The position numbers and the translations under genes were made by a program. A stretch of 64,000 bases of DNA from NCBI GenBank assembly GCA_905178155.1, contig CAJINV010000002.1, positions 11,844,591-11,908,590 on the forward strand, read 5' to 3'. Each line of letters starts with the position of its first letter. Within the stretch, counting starts at the first letter, position 1. The DNA comes from Amoebophrya sp. A120 (lineage: Eukaryota; Protista; Dinoflagellata). The notes under the pieces are model-generated. The model was not told the origin of the DNA, made no database searches, and worked only from the letters and a program-made list of their open reading frames with translations. Positions 1-11,403 of this stretch are shown piece by piece.

Positions 1-131
1 ATGTACATGTAACTGTAGTTTTCCGCTTATTCATTGCCTTGCCTCGCGTATTAGAAAGGTCCTGTTGATAATGGCCCTAGAGAAAAACTTCTACGAAAAT
101 ACGTACTAGCGATTGTTTGTAAAAGGAAAAG

Positions 132-533
132 TGTTAGAACCTAGGCGGTTACTACAATCAACGACGAAGAAACGCGGGCGGCGTGAACACTGGCCATCTT
201 AAATCTCAGCTAGAATCTAGGTGAGGCCCAGTGTTTCTTAGTCGCAATCAATAGTCAATTTGAACTAGCGTCACAGCCTGTAGGGAAAATTTAAAGGTTC
301 ACAAACACACACAAGCTCTCATGTCTCACGGTCTAAGACAGCCTCTAAATCAGATCGAGATTTTGTGGTCTTGATCATCACAAATTTTGAGCGCCATCGT
401 GATTCAAATTCGTGCGTCTTGATCTTCATCGTGATTCCAAAATTTACATCGTGACTCGCTTGAATGAGCATTCGACTTAGGTCGGTGGGAATTTTGCCAT
501 ATGATCCTAACGGATTTCATATCTTGGTCGACA
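132..533 (-). repeat. 3' LTR of copia element
   Basis: Runs tgttagaacc...ggtcgaca; about 95% identical to 7020-7421 (about 21 substitutions counted by eye, no indels). Confidence 0.95.
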
Positions 534-544
534 TTCCCCCTTCC
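534..544 (-). other. Polypurine tract (PPT)
   Basis: ttcccccttcc on + reads GGAAGGGGGAA on -, directly abutting the 3' LTR. Confidence 0.85.
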
Positions 545-658
545 GAATGAACATTAAATCATCGAAATGAATCAGATGAGACGACTCTGCGTGAAATTCG
601 CATCAATCAATCTTAGAGATTAGTGAAGTCAACAAAGTGGGCTTTCGCAAATACTTCA

Positions 659-3600
659 TTAGCTTTTCGGGCGGGAGCTTTGAAGATTTGGATATACTTT
701 TCTCCTGGGAGTGGTTTTGTCAATCCATCCGCTAGATTGATATCTGTGTCTGTTTACATAGCACAAGTCTTTTGCGTAGTCTCGTACTAGGTGTAGTCGA
801 AGACTCATGTGCTTGGATCTTTTCGTGGCTATGGTTGTCTGACTCAACGCAAGCGCGGGCGTGTTGTCGTTGAAGATCAACGGTAGAGATCCTGACTCTT
901 GTTCTGAAAACCAGTTCAAATATCCTTGATCCATTGTCATCCTAACACAGTCATACATCGCGCAATGCTCGGCTTCCATTGTTGACCGAGCGACGTAGCT
1001 CGAATCGTATTGACGTTTCGACTTCCAGCAAATGGGAACTCCGCGGCGATATAAGATTGCTCCTGACGTGGATCGAAAACTTACAGAACATCCTGCAAAA
1101 TCTGCATCGCAGAAAGCTATAGTGTCTCTGTATTCCTTGTTTTCTAGCTCTGCGGCTTTTGTGTAAATTTCTTTGAACTTCTTCGCTTGCTGCTTGCTGT
1201 ATTCTAATCCTTGCGATTTGGTTCCTTTCAAATACGCTAGAATACGCTTGGCATCTTTTGCCGTTTGGTCGGTTGGACTAGCTACCTGCGTCGCTACTCT
1301 TTGTGCTGCGAATGCGATATCAGGCCGGGCGACGCAACTGATATACAACATTCCGCCTACTAGCGATCTTATCGGAAGTGTGGAATTCGACGGCGAGTCC
1401 AGGTCTGCGTGGGAATTTGGTAAACATGGGGAAACTGCTGCGCGGCAGTCCTTCATGTGAAATTTCTTAAGCAGTTTATCAATTGCGTCTTCGCAAGTGA
1501 TCTTCGTGGCCCTCTTCTTCGCGTCGAAGGTCAATTTTGCGCCGAGAAGGTCGCGGATCTCATTGCCTTCTCTGTCATATTCTGCGAGAATTTCTTTTCC
1601 TGGGAACTCTGCTAAAATTGCACTCATTTCTGCAGCGACAAGGTCATCGTCTTCGCCTGAGATAGTGTTGCCATCTACATAGACTGCTAGCCAGAGTTCT
1701 TGTTCTTTTGTTTCCCTGTTTGTCTTTTGCAAACTTCTTGAACAGACCTGGTTCGTGTTCGGATACAACCCAGCCTAACTTCTTGAGTTTGCCGGAATAT
1801 TCGCCATACCAGCGGCGTGGGCTGATCTTCAGACCGTATAACGACTTTAACAGCCTGACAACGTCGCCTTTTTCTTTGTTCTTGCTCCAGCTGTTGTGCT
1901 TGGGCAGGCGACATAACGCGATCTCGTCGCCTAGAGCTGCACGCACAAACGCATTTGAAGTATCGAACTGTCTAACTTTCCATCCGCGTGCTGCTGCTTC
2001 AACAAGTAGATTGATACCTGTTAGCGGCATGGCAGGCTCACAGTTGGGCTGTATATTTCCCCTTGAAGAGATAGCGTTTGCCTGTTTCCTAGTGCTACGG
2101 GGCGACACTTGTAGCGGCCGTCCCTCTTCTTCGTGTAGATGCATACCGTCGGGATAATTTCTAACTTATCACCCATCTCTTTGATGTCTTCTGCGGTTGC
2201 ATGCCTCCACGTATTTGCTTCTTCTAGCGCTAGGCGTTCTTTTGTATCTGACTCGATCCATTTGATTGCGTCAGGACTTTCCAGACACTTGGCCCAAGTG
2301 TGCTGCAGGCCAAAAAGGTAGGGAGTTTCGTCCTCCTCTAATTCGTGACGAATCTGGAATATAGCTTCTGCTTCTTTTTCAAATTCGTTCCATAGGTAGA
2401 TCTTTCAACAAATCAGATGACGACACAAGATTAACTTTTTGTCTTTTCTTTGCTCGAGGGCCACGACTTTGGCCTTTGTCGTTGCGTTCTTTGCGCTTCT
2501 TCTTGTCCTGCCCTCGGCCCTTCTTGCGAAGTTTCTTTCGTGTAGGTCCTTCAACGAGGATCCTAGGCGCTTCTTGTGTCTCGTTCTCTTTTTCATCAGC
2601 GTCAACTGTGTTAGACTTTCTTTTTCGATTTCCATTCTCAGCTTTCTCTTTCTGTTTCGGGGATTTTTCAGGCGCCTCATCTGAAAACAAATCGAGCCAA
2701 TCCTGATTAGGGTTTTGATTTTCCTCGCCCCCTTCCTCAGGTTGCTCACCCCCTTCGAAACTCTTGCCCTCGTCGTTTTCGACGGTTTCTTTTTCCTTCG
2801 AACTGCGTTTGTCCGCATCCTCTTCATCTTTCGAACGATCGGTCCTCGGAGCGTCCTGACCACGACTGCTTTGATCATGATCTACAGCGGGCACATTCGG
2901 CTCAACGAGCTGCGAACTATCACCCAGACGCGCCGGATTCGGAAAATCAATTAACAACTTGCCAGCGTCCGGCCTCAGATCATCTATCTTGCTGACCAGC
3001 ACTGATTCATCAAACTTGCAACACTTCACCTCGTGGACTCCGAAACGGATTTTGGAGCTTTTCTTACATCGACCATCTGCGGACCACATGCCTACCAGGT
3101 ATGTAGAATTTTCTTGGGCGTAGCCTAGAAAAATTCCACGGGTAAACCGGTCTTCAAGCTTCGACCTCTGTGAGTGATCCTTCGCGTATACCAAGCATCC
3201 GAAACGTCGGAAATACTTGATGGAAGGTTTTCTTTTGAAGCGTTTTCCAAATGGCGACTCGCCTCCTTTGGCTGTAGGGCGGGGCTCGGGCGAATATGTG
3301 GGAGAAAGTGCTGGCTGCATAACTCCACATACGCTTATCGACTCCGACCATCATTGCTCTTACTCCGTTCTGGTGAGTTTGGTTGTATCTTTCAACTTTT
3401 CCATTTTCTTGGGGCTCGTATGGAGCTGAATAGTCAGTATGAATCGGCGGGGACTGTTTCTGTGCTGTCTTTTTCCAAGTGCTACCTGGTTCCTTGAACT
3501 CTTTGGCGTTGTCGGATCTCACTCCTTTCGGTGGTCCCTCTTCATTTATCCAGACCTGCAGTTTTAATCCTGCTTCTGTTTTGCTCTTGCAGATGAAAGA

Positions 3601-4617
3601 ACGAGGCCAGCTGGTTGCTTGATCGATGGCATTTAAAGCCCATCTTTGCGACCAGTAGTCAGGTTCCCACGGTCCAGTGAAGTCAAAATCGACTTGGTCA
3701 CTGAATTTTTCAACTTTGTAGCATTCTTTCTTCGCTTTTGCATGTTGCGCGCCTTTGCTTTTCGCGAGATCGCAGGCAGGGCATCGGACTACTATTCCTG
3801 GTAGACTACGATGTCCAGCACGCTGATGGTCAAGAAGCATTTTCTCTGCCTTTGTCATCATAGTGGATTCTGTCCCGATCTCTTCGCACAACAAACCTCG
3901 TTCGCCTGGATCTTCATTGAACCCAAGTGCCACAGCGGGCAGCTTGGTTCCGATCCCTTTGTGAAGAAAAGTTCTCTTTCCTGTTTTCCTACTTTGCAAG
4001 TAGTTGCCCCCCTCGTCGAAAACAACTGTGTAGCCTTCTTTCTTAAGTTGTTCGACACTGAGCAGGAGGGTCTGTGGAAGGAATGGATGGAATGTTGCAC
4101 GTTTGCAACCAAGTGCGTTTGGTTTCAATGTGCCAAAATATCCAGGGCCATCCAACTCTTTTCCGTCTGCTACAGTTATTCGCACTGGATTACTGTCGTC
4201 CCAAGATTCGAAAGTCTCTGGTCGGCCCGACATGTGACTTGTTGCGCCACTGTCGCAAATTGCATCATCGACACAATTAAAAGCTGTTTCATGATTTCGG
4301 TGCTGCTCGTCCTTTTCATTCCGATGAGCATCGTTCGCCTCACGCACCTTCCTCAATGCTGATTCGCGAACGCTGTAGAGGTGTGCTAGCTTTCTTGCTG
4401 TGTACTCGGGCGAATGATTTTGCTCGCTTTCTTTTGCTACGATCGAAGACACTGCGTCTTGTGACAGATTGCATTTTTCAACTCGTTCGGCTTTGGACGC
4501 ATCCGAGACATGAGATCGAGGAAGTAAAATCTTGCGGATTTCGCGATCGGTCGACTCAAGAGCCTGGACTTGTTGTGTCAAATTTGCCATCTCTGGAGTT
4601 GCAAATTGCTCAAGCAA
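659..4617 (-). pseudogene. pol: copia pol (protease, integrase, RT, RNase H), frameshifted
   Basis: Protease ICDSGATSHM. Integrase HQRAGH..CPAC, DFDFTGP, RSDNAKEF, PQENGKVER and SH3-like RRFGCLVYA. RT QFDTSNAF, LLKSLYGLK and YVDG (normally YVDD). RNase H FCDADFAG..RSTSG. Split over ORFs 3154-4617, 2379-3320, 1644-2144 and 659-1768. Confidence 0.93.
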
Positions 4618-5015
4618 GCTCCAGCTCTGCTCTTTTTCGTTTTCCTTTCAGCTGTCTCGTTGGACCAGCTGCATCATTGGTACAAGTTTCATCTTCATTC
4701 TTATCGAGATTCGAGAATAAATCAGCCATGTCGATTAATGATAAAGAATCTGGATTGAAGATATCAGCCTTGCTGTCGAACACACATTCATCTTTTTCAA
4801 ACAGACTCGCGGTCGCTGGTGGATCATCGCCAGGTGGTTGCGCTTTTTGTGGGGCGGGGGTTCTTTTGGGGGGGTATTTTTGTTAAAGTTCTAGTTGAAA
4901 AACATCGAGAATAATTCGTATTATAACGTCGAGTTTTCGTCAGCCGTAAGAGTAGTTTTCTTACTTTGTGTAGTTTGTGTAACAAGCTACTTCTCTTCGA
5001 GACACCATCTAAGAC

Positions 5016-6170
5016 TCAGTATTTCTTCCCCTTCTTTCCTTTTCCCTTCTTGCCACCACCCTTAGTCTTTTCGTTGCCCTTGCGAACAGTATTCGTGTTG
5101 TTACCCTTGCCGGAGCTTTTGTTGGAAGATTTGTCATTGACCTTATTGCCGTTTTTGTGCCAGCAATCCTTGGTGTTATGTGATTCCGAATTGCAATTCG
5201 AACACCACTTGGAATCTCCTGCGTAATTTGCCGCATGACTGTCGTCATTACCACCAGCAGTGTGTTTCTGGGTCAAGTTCGGACTTTGCGCGATCAGATT
5301 CGCAGCGGCTTGCTGGATCAGACTCGGCATCTCTTTCTTCAACATATTGGAAAGCATCTGCTTCTCGCGATTCTTCTGAACGTGATCCGGGCGTGGGCCA
5401 TGCTGGTTGTGAGCATTCTGGTTGCGGACCAGATTAGCTCTGTGCTTCGTGGTCTCTCCGTTGCTAGACAGAGCGCGCTCTTCCTCGACCATGTGACTCT
5501 TCGTTTTTTTCGAAACTAGATCCATTAGCCAAGGCACGCTTGTTGCATTCATCGAATTCCTCGCGCATGTTCCCGAAGATACAGTGATAGCGTAACTCGT
5601 CAAAGCAGTAACTTTCGCACCCAGTTTGAAGCTCCAGAAGTTTCTCTGTTTGTCAGTGTGTTCTTCCAAGGTTTCATCATCGCCCTGCTTGTTGTTGAAA
5701 TATTCCTTAATCAACATACGGCGGGCGCCGGCGGTCTGTGGGATAGCCTTTTCCTTGATCTGAATTAACAACCAGACTACACACGCGTCAGCCCCGGGCT
5801 CTTCCTGAATTTCCTGCGCTTTGCCTCGGGCTTTTCCGGTTAAGGATTTGAATGCTGTGCCATACAACTTCGCGTAGGAGGAGCGGGCATCGGGTGTGTA
5901 AGTGGGCCAGAAGTCGTTTTCGTCTTTGCCGTCAGCAATCCACTGGTCACGGGCTAACTGATCAACCTGATCCCACTTGTCCATGGTGACTTTTCCTTCT
6001 AAGTCCTCTCTGAACTACTGGGGACCGATGTTCAACGAGAACGCCTGAGCGATCACGCTACCCTTGAACGTCTGGAAGTCCTTTCCAGTTTCTCCTTCGT
6101 GTTCCGCGTCATACAGCATTCCGACGGTGCCGGAAGTGCTCGGACGATGGTCATCACCTGGCGCCCCCAT
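5016..6170 (-). pseudogene. gag: copia gag with CCHC zinc knuckle, interrupted by an in-frame TAG
   Basis: ORFs 6015-6287 and 5016-5984 share a frame and are separated by one TAG. CSNCNSESHNTKDC is a CX2CX4HX4C knuckle. Confidence 0.85.
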
Positions 6171-7019
6171 CTTTTCACGATGAGCACGCGCGTCGCGGTT
6201 GTGTCGTCTGTTGTACTCGGTACACGCGTAGGCGGCTACCTGTACAAAAAATTTGCAGTCGAATTCAGATGGTATCCAGCATGTCAAGTGCGATCATCTT
6301 GTTGAATTCACGACGCAACTACAGACAAAATCAGAATTACATTTAGACTGTTATTTTCAAAAACAGACGAAATTCAGCACCTTTTTCGTGACCTGCTGTC
6401 GGGTCCTTGCTCTTGTACCGGCTTGCTGCTCGGTACGTAAATCCGCCGCCCAAAACTGTAATAGTTTTTGTTGGCGAGGATTAGCATGCGACTTTTGTGT
6501 TGCGCCATGCGTGTCCGCATTCAAAATTTCCAATGATTTTTGAAAAACAGACCGAAAATAAGTACAATTTTAGTACCTGTCTTGTTCCTCGCTCGGTGCT
6601 TCGGCAAAGGTTACGGGCTTCGTAGCGCGCACCTTTGGTCGCTTTGTCTCTCTTGCACCTGTGTAGGTGTATTATTGCAAATTCTCTTTTACTTTCAAAC
6701 AGCCTCTGACCGTGTATCAACAATTGATATCACAGCAGCAAATCACCAATGTTGGTTGATTTGAACTCGGTGGCTGGGGGTTATTTTGCTGAAGAATTTT
6801 AATTCAAATTCAAGCAAAGTTTTACTTTAAATCTCCAGCCAAAAATTCAAAATTCTCTCTCTCTTTGTACCTTCCTGCGGCTTTTGGTGTGGCTGTCTTT
6901 TTGTTTCTGGCCCTGTCTTGGCGTGGTTGTATTTTTGCGGGGGGACCAGTCTTGGTAGTTGTTGTCGTGTTGGCACTGGTCGTGTCTTGGTGTCAGCGCT
7001 CAAGGCTGTGCCGTTAGAA

Positions 7020-7421
7020 TGTTAGAACCTAGGCGGTTACTACAATCAACGACGAAGAAACGCGGGCGGCGTGAACACTGGCCATCTTAAATCTCAGTTA
7101 GGATCTAGGTGAGATTCAGTGTTTCTTAGTCGCAATCAATAGTCAATTTGAACTAGCGTCACAGCCTGTAGGGAAAATGTAAAGGTTCACAAACACACAC
7201 AAATTTTCATGTCTCACGGTCTAAAACAGCCTCTAAATCAGATCAAGATTTTGTGGTCTTGATCATCACAAATTTTGAGCACCATCGTGATTCAAATTCG
7301 TACGTCTTGATCTTCGTCGTGCTTCCAAAATTTACATCGTGACTTGCATGAGTGAGCATTCGATTTAGGTCGGTGGGAGTTTTGCCATATGATCCTAACG
7401 GATTTCATATCTTGGTCTACA
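7020..7421 (-). repeat. 5' LTR of copia element
   Basis: Runs tgttagaacc...ggtctaca and is followed by TSD aaaag. Confidence 0.95.
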
Positions 7422-7769
7422 AAAAGGCAATAACCGGAAACGAAGCAGAAACACCGCGGAGCACCAACAGGAAAGATGCTGAAAAGTTCGGGTGTTATTT
7501 GTACGGCACGAAGTGCGCAGTAGAAGATAGAAGGTTCAACAGAGGCAGCCTTGTGTTACTGTTCTTATGGCGAGATTCTTCCATGCTATTTGGCAGCAAC
7601 GATACTGTAACACCGTAAACCTAGACTAGTAATTCTTCCGTGCTAGTGCTACTTACCAAAGATTTTCTCCTTTCAGTTTGGTTTTCGAGCGACCAAGAAA
7701 GAGTTATGTGTCCTTGATGCACAGCGTACGGAACAAGGAAGATCAGAAGGACCTCAACGTGCGTTCGTC

Positions 7770-8999
7770 ATGGTTGTGGTTTACTTCCCGGATGAGATCC
7801 GGGCTTGCATTCTTTCCTTCTTGGTTCCTTTTGCAAACCTGGCCGAGAAGTTGCGTCAAGCCGAGCAGCGAGCGATAAAACGGAGCGCGCCTGGAGACGT
7901 GGTGACGTATGTGCGCGGCATCCACGCAGACCTCGCCCGCCTTGTCCTGTACGTGCTGAGCAACAAGCCGTTTGTCGTGACCAGAGCGTACGACCTGGTT
8001 CCCGTTCCCAGCTGCAGTGATACGAAGTCCGAGACAGAACTGCGCCGAGCGCTGCTGGAAGATGTGCAAGTCGTTCATCATGACAAACAGGCTTGCACTG
8101 TTGAAACCGCAAGCACAAAGCGCTACGGAGTAAGCCGGGACGGAGACGCACATGCTGATTCGCGGAGTGACACGAGGACCAAAGCAGAGGCGCCGTCACC
8201 GCACGGCACGCGACCAGGGGAAAAAGACGTGCACTCAATAGTGCCCTCGGACGGTTCGTCGGGGTCCCCAGCTACGACCGAAAACTGCGGAACGCTTAAC
8301 CCGGACGAAGATGATGCGATTTTTGTCAAGCATCCAGCGACTGAGGGCACGACGGCGACGGTTCCCTCCCTCGATGCCCTAGCGGAGGCCTTGGAGGCCT
8401 CTGACGCGTTCTTGCGGTATCACACGGAGATACCAAAGCTGTGCTCAAGCATTTCAAACCACGCGGGGGAGCTTTTGAAGTACGACCTCTATCAAGCGGG
8501 CAGGGTTGGCGCCGCACGATTGGCACGCCGGCTTTCACCCGCCGGTGCGCGAGCGGACAGCGAAGACGCAGCGCATGCTCGAGGTTCGCAGTCTGCTACC
8601 GGCGCGGCGCCAGATTCGGGACGCCAGCTCGAGACGCGACAGGCAGATGCGATGTCCCCGAGATCTTTGGCATCGCTAGAGGAACAGCACCAAGACACCG
8701 CAACTTGCTTGTGGAGGATTGACGAGAATGTTCCGGAGCTTGTTCCTCTCGCGTCTGCGGCGCGCCGGATCGCGAGGCACCAGCGCATGCTGTCCTCGAA
8801 GCGCGTCCGAGATCTGTGTGCAGGGGTGCTTCGACTGCTTGGTGGCGGGGATGAAAGTGCAAGCAGTACTACCAGTATCAAAAACGCGGAGGATCACAAG
8901 ACAGAATGCGGCGGCAATACGAAGGTCCGGAGTGTGATTGATGCATCAGGATGTGCAATTGAGACGAAGTTGTCGGATCCGATGGATATTGAGAACTAG
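7770..8999 (+). CDS. Hypothetical protein (5' end uncertain)
   Basis: 409-codon GC-rich ORF; no recognised motif. Confidence 0.55.
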   Translation: MVVVYFPDEIRACILSFLVPFANLAEKLRQAEQRAIKRSAPGDVVTYVRGIHADLARLVLYVLSNKPFVVTRAYDLVPVPSCSDTKSETELRRALLEDVQVVHHDKQACTVETASTKRYGVSRDGDAHADSRSDTRTKAEAPSPHGTRPGEKDVHSIVPSDGSSGSPATTENCGTLNPDEDDAIFVKHPATEGTTATVPSLDALAEALEASDAFLRYHTEIPKLCSSISNHAGELLKYDLYQAGRVGAARLARRLSPAGARADSEDAAHARGSQSATGAAPDSGRQLETRQADAMSPRSLASLEEQHQDTATCLWRIDENVPELVPLASAARRIARHQRMLSSKRVRDLCAGVLRLLGGGDESASSTTSIKNAEDHKTECGGNTKVRSVIDASGCAIETKLSDPMDIEN

Positions 9000-9385
9000 T
9001 TTGTCGCCTTTATTGGGCGCGCGTTTGGCTTGTTGCGTGCTGAACAACAATGCTACGAGGAAAGAACTTCTGTGAATAATTATTGCGTGCTTCAACAGGA
9101 TTGGAAACCCTTGCGTAAATAATCACTGAGCTGTTCCGTGCCCGCTATTCGAAGTCGGGGGCTTGAAAGTCAGCTTTGGGTTGTACTTACTTCTTTGCAG
9201 GGCAGCAAAACTATCCAACAGCTGTGGCTGTGGAGATTGAACAGACGCAAAGAGCGCATCTTTCGCCGATGTGATAGGAGGAGACAGTCAGAAGTATGAG
9301 AAGTTTCCCATCGATTCAGATCTGTACGGCCCAATACAGTGTTTTCGTTCAACTTGTTCTCCAACTTTCTCTGGTTTTCGACGTC

Positions 9386-10588
9386 ATGGCATCTTCGTCT
9401 TCTACGTCGCCTTCCTTGCTGCAACGGGGGAGGCTCTTCCGCAAGGAAGTTTTTCTTGACCCGGAGCAGCAAATTGCACCAGCCGAGGGTGGCAGTGCAG
9501 TCTACTTCGTCGAGCCCTTGCACGAAAACATGGGTTTAGAAATCGAGCGGCTGGCGTGCCTGGTAAACGAAGCCTACGAATATGGGGAGCGCGGGATGTG
9601 GAAGTCTGGCTGGTCTGGCCGCACGTCGGCGCGTGACCTTCGCGAGAAGTTGCAGAGGGGGCAACTATTAGGGCTCTTCGTCAGTGGTCGTGCGCCAGGG
9701 TCTCGAAGAAGGAAATCGCGGCTACAAACAGCAGAACATCAGGGTGTGTCTGCGGAGGAGCAAGTGACGCGGAGAACTGAAGATGAGAGCTCTTGCACGG
9801 CCAGGGATGATGATCTAGCGGAAGGGCATAAGACCACGACAATACGACCCGAGCTGATTGGTCAGGTGTTTGTGGACGTGGATTTCGCGCCGGACACAGC
9901 CGAATTCGGTATGTTGGCATTGCGCAGCGACTACCGTCAGCAGGGCCGGGGAATGGAGTTTCAGAGCGACCCCGTCCCTGCGAGGCCCAAGGGCTTGGCG
10001 CGCGCCCTCGTGAGCGCCGCGGAAGAGTACGCGAAAGAGCGAAGGCCGGGCCTGCAACTCATGCGCTGCGGTATCCTCCTCAACAAAAAGATCGCGTCCC
10101 CAAAGCTCCAGCGATTCCTTAAGAGCGATACGTAGCCGCCTCGTGTGTTGTGTGAGCCTGTTAGGTAATCGTGGCAGACTATTTTTGTATTTCTGACCGT
10201 GTACAATTTCAATTTACCTCTACGGAGTCCGTCCTCGCGCGTACGAGGATTAGTAAAAGGTAGCTTCGCGATCGTGCATGGATCTGAGGTGCCCGCTCTA
10301 ATAACAGTTCAAGTTTTTTGTACTCAGGGCCCCAAGCAAAGGCATCCATCTGACGCTACGGATTGGGTCTGATTATTTTTGCTCAGGAGACGCGAGCTGT
10401 TGGAGCCCGCCGATTACGAGCATCCGGTAAAGAGACGGCTGCATTCCTGGTATACGAGTATGGGGTACCTTCCGCAACCTGGGGATTGCTTTGAGTCTTT
10501 CTTTGTGCCGACCTTTCCACACATCGCGGGTCAGTTGGCGGGAATATGCAAGATTACAGTATACTTGAAGTCGCTTCTCGATGAATGA
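9386..10588 (+). CDS. GNAT-family N-acetyltransferase, two exons (9386-10070, 10395-10588)
   Basis: Motif A-like FGMLALRSDYRQQGRG..LARALVSAAEEYAKE. Joining across the 324-nt insert gives MRCELLEPADYEHPVKRRLHSWYTSMGY, a motif B-like ending. Confidence 0.8.
10071..10391. mobile_element. Eroded introner-like non-canonical intron
   Basis: Ends gtatcctcctcaacaaaaagatc and gattatttttgctcaggagac are imperfect inverted repeats resembling the family A TIR. They are flanked by direct repeat GCG (10068-10070, 10392-10394). Confidence 0.7.
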
Positions 10589-11403
10589 TTGGAACGAGAG
10601 TTCTTTCACCAAAGCGTAAAGGGTTTGATTGGTACTACGTACGAGACTAATGTTACATGTGAAATAAATGCATCAAACCAGCTGCATCATGACCAAATAG
10701 TACCCTCGTTTTTATTTGCTTCATCGGGTCTTGTAGATGGGCGCACCAAACAGGATGTGGTAGAAGCGTTCTAGATTGCATTTTAGAAGCGATCTCGTTT
10801 TTGCAGAGAAAAGTGAAAGCGCATCGCTACGTTCATTTCGATGATATCGTGCGCCTTTTCATCGAAGGCAAAACGAAAACAATAACAGAAAAATAAGAAC
10901 CAAAAGTCGGCGATCTTCGTTTTTTTTTCGTGCATCGGACAAAACAATCGGTATACCGTACACGACACAATACCACAACACTGCTCGTGTTGCTTCGGTT
11001 TTTTTTGATAGATTGCCCAATCTTCATGCTGGTTGTCGTCACTGACTGGCGCCGAGTTTGTCAAAGCCACTTTCTCCATCTGCTTTTTCGGAACAAACCA
11101 ACTACCAGACACACATCATACATAGTATCCCATCCCAAACCCATTTAAGTAGTTTTCAATCGCCTCCGTCCCCTGGAAGTAGCGCTTTTACTATTTTTCT
11201 GCCCTCTTTTGACACCTTGGCCTTTCCTCCACGCCCTATTTCTTTCCTTCCGTATTCATTGACGGTTGGGTTCGTTCTTCTTGCGCACGGTGTACCCCAC
11301 CAGGAAATCTTTGCAAGTACTTACATTGCTATTGCTTCTGGAAGAGCCACGCTTGCTCTATTTATCCAGTATACGACATCCTTAACCCCGAACCCGAAGC
11401 AGT

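Larger units (their letters stand above)
132..7421 (-). mobile_element. Ty1/copia LTR retrotransposon, full-length, inactivated
   Basis: Two 402-bp LTRs with TG...CA ends (132-533, 7020-7421) and a 5-bp TSD AAAAG at 127-131 and 7422-7426. Internal domain order on the minus strand is gag-PR-IN-RT-RH, the copia order. Confidence 0.97.

Noticed and set aside
6015-6017. gag TAG as programmed readthrough or an alternative genetic code
   Set aside because: The element has several other lesions (frameshifts, YVDG), and host genes end normally at TAG, TAA and TGA.
7770-8999. Candidate autonomous transposase for the introners
   Set aside because: No DDE or recombinase motif and no flanking TIRs. No autonomous partner was seen anywhere in the window.
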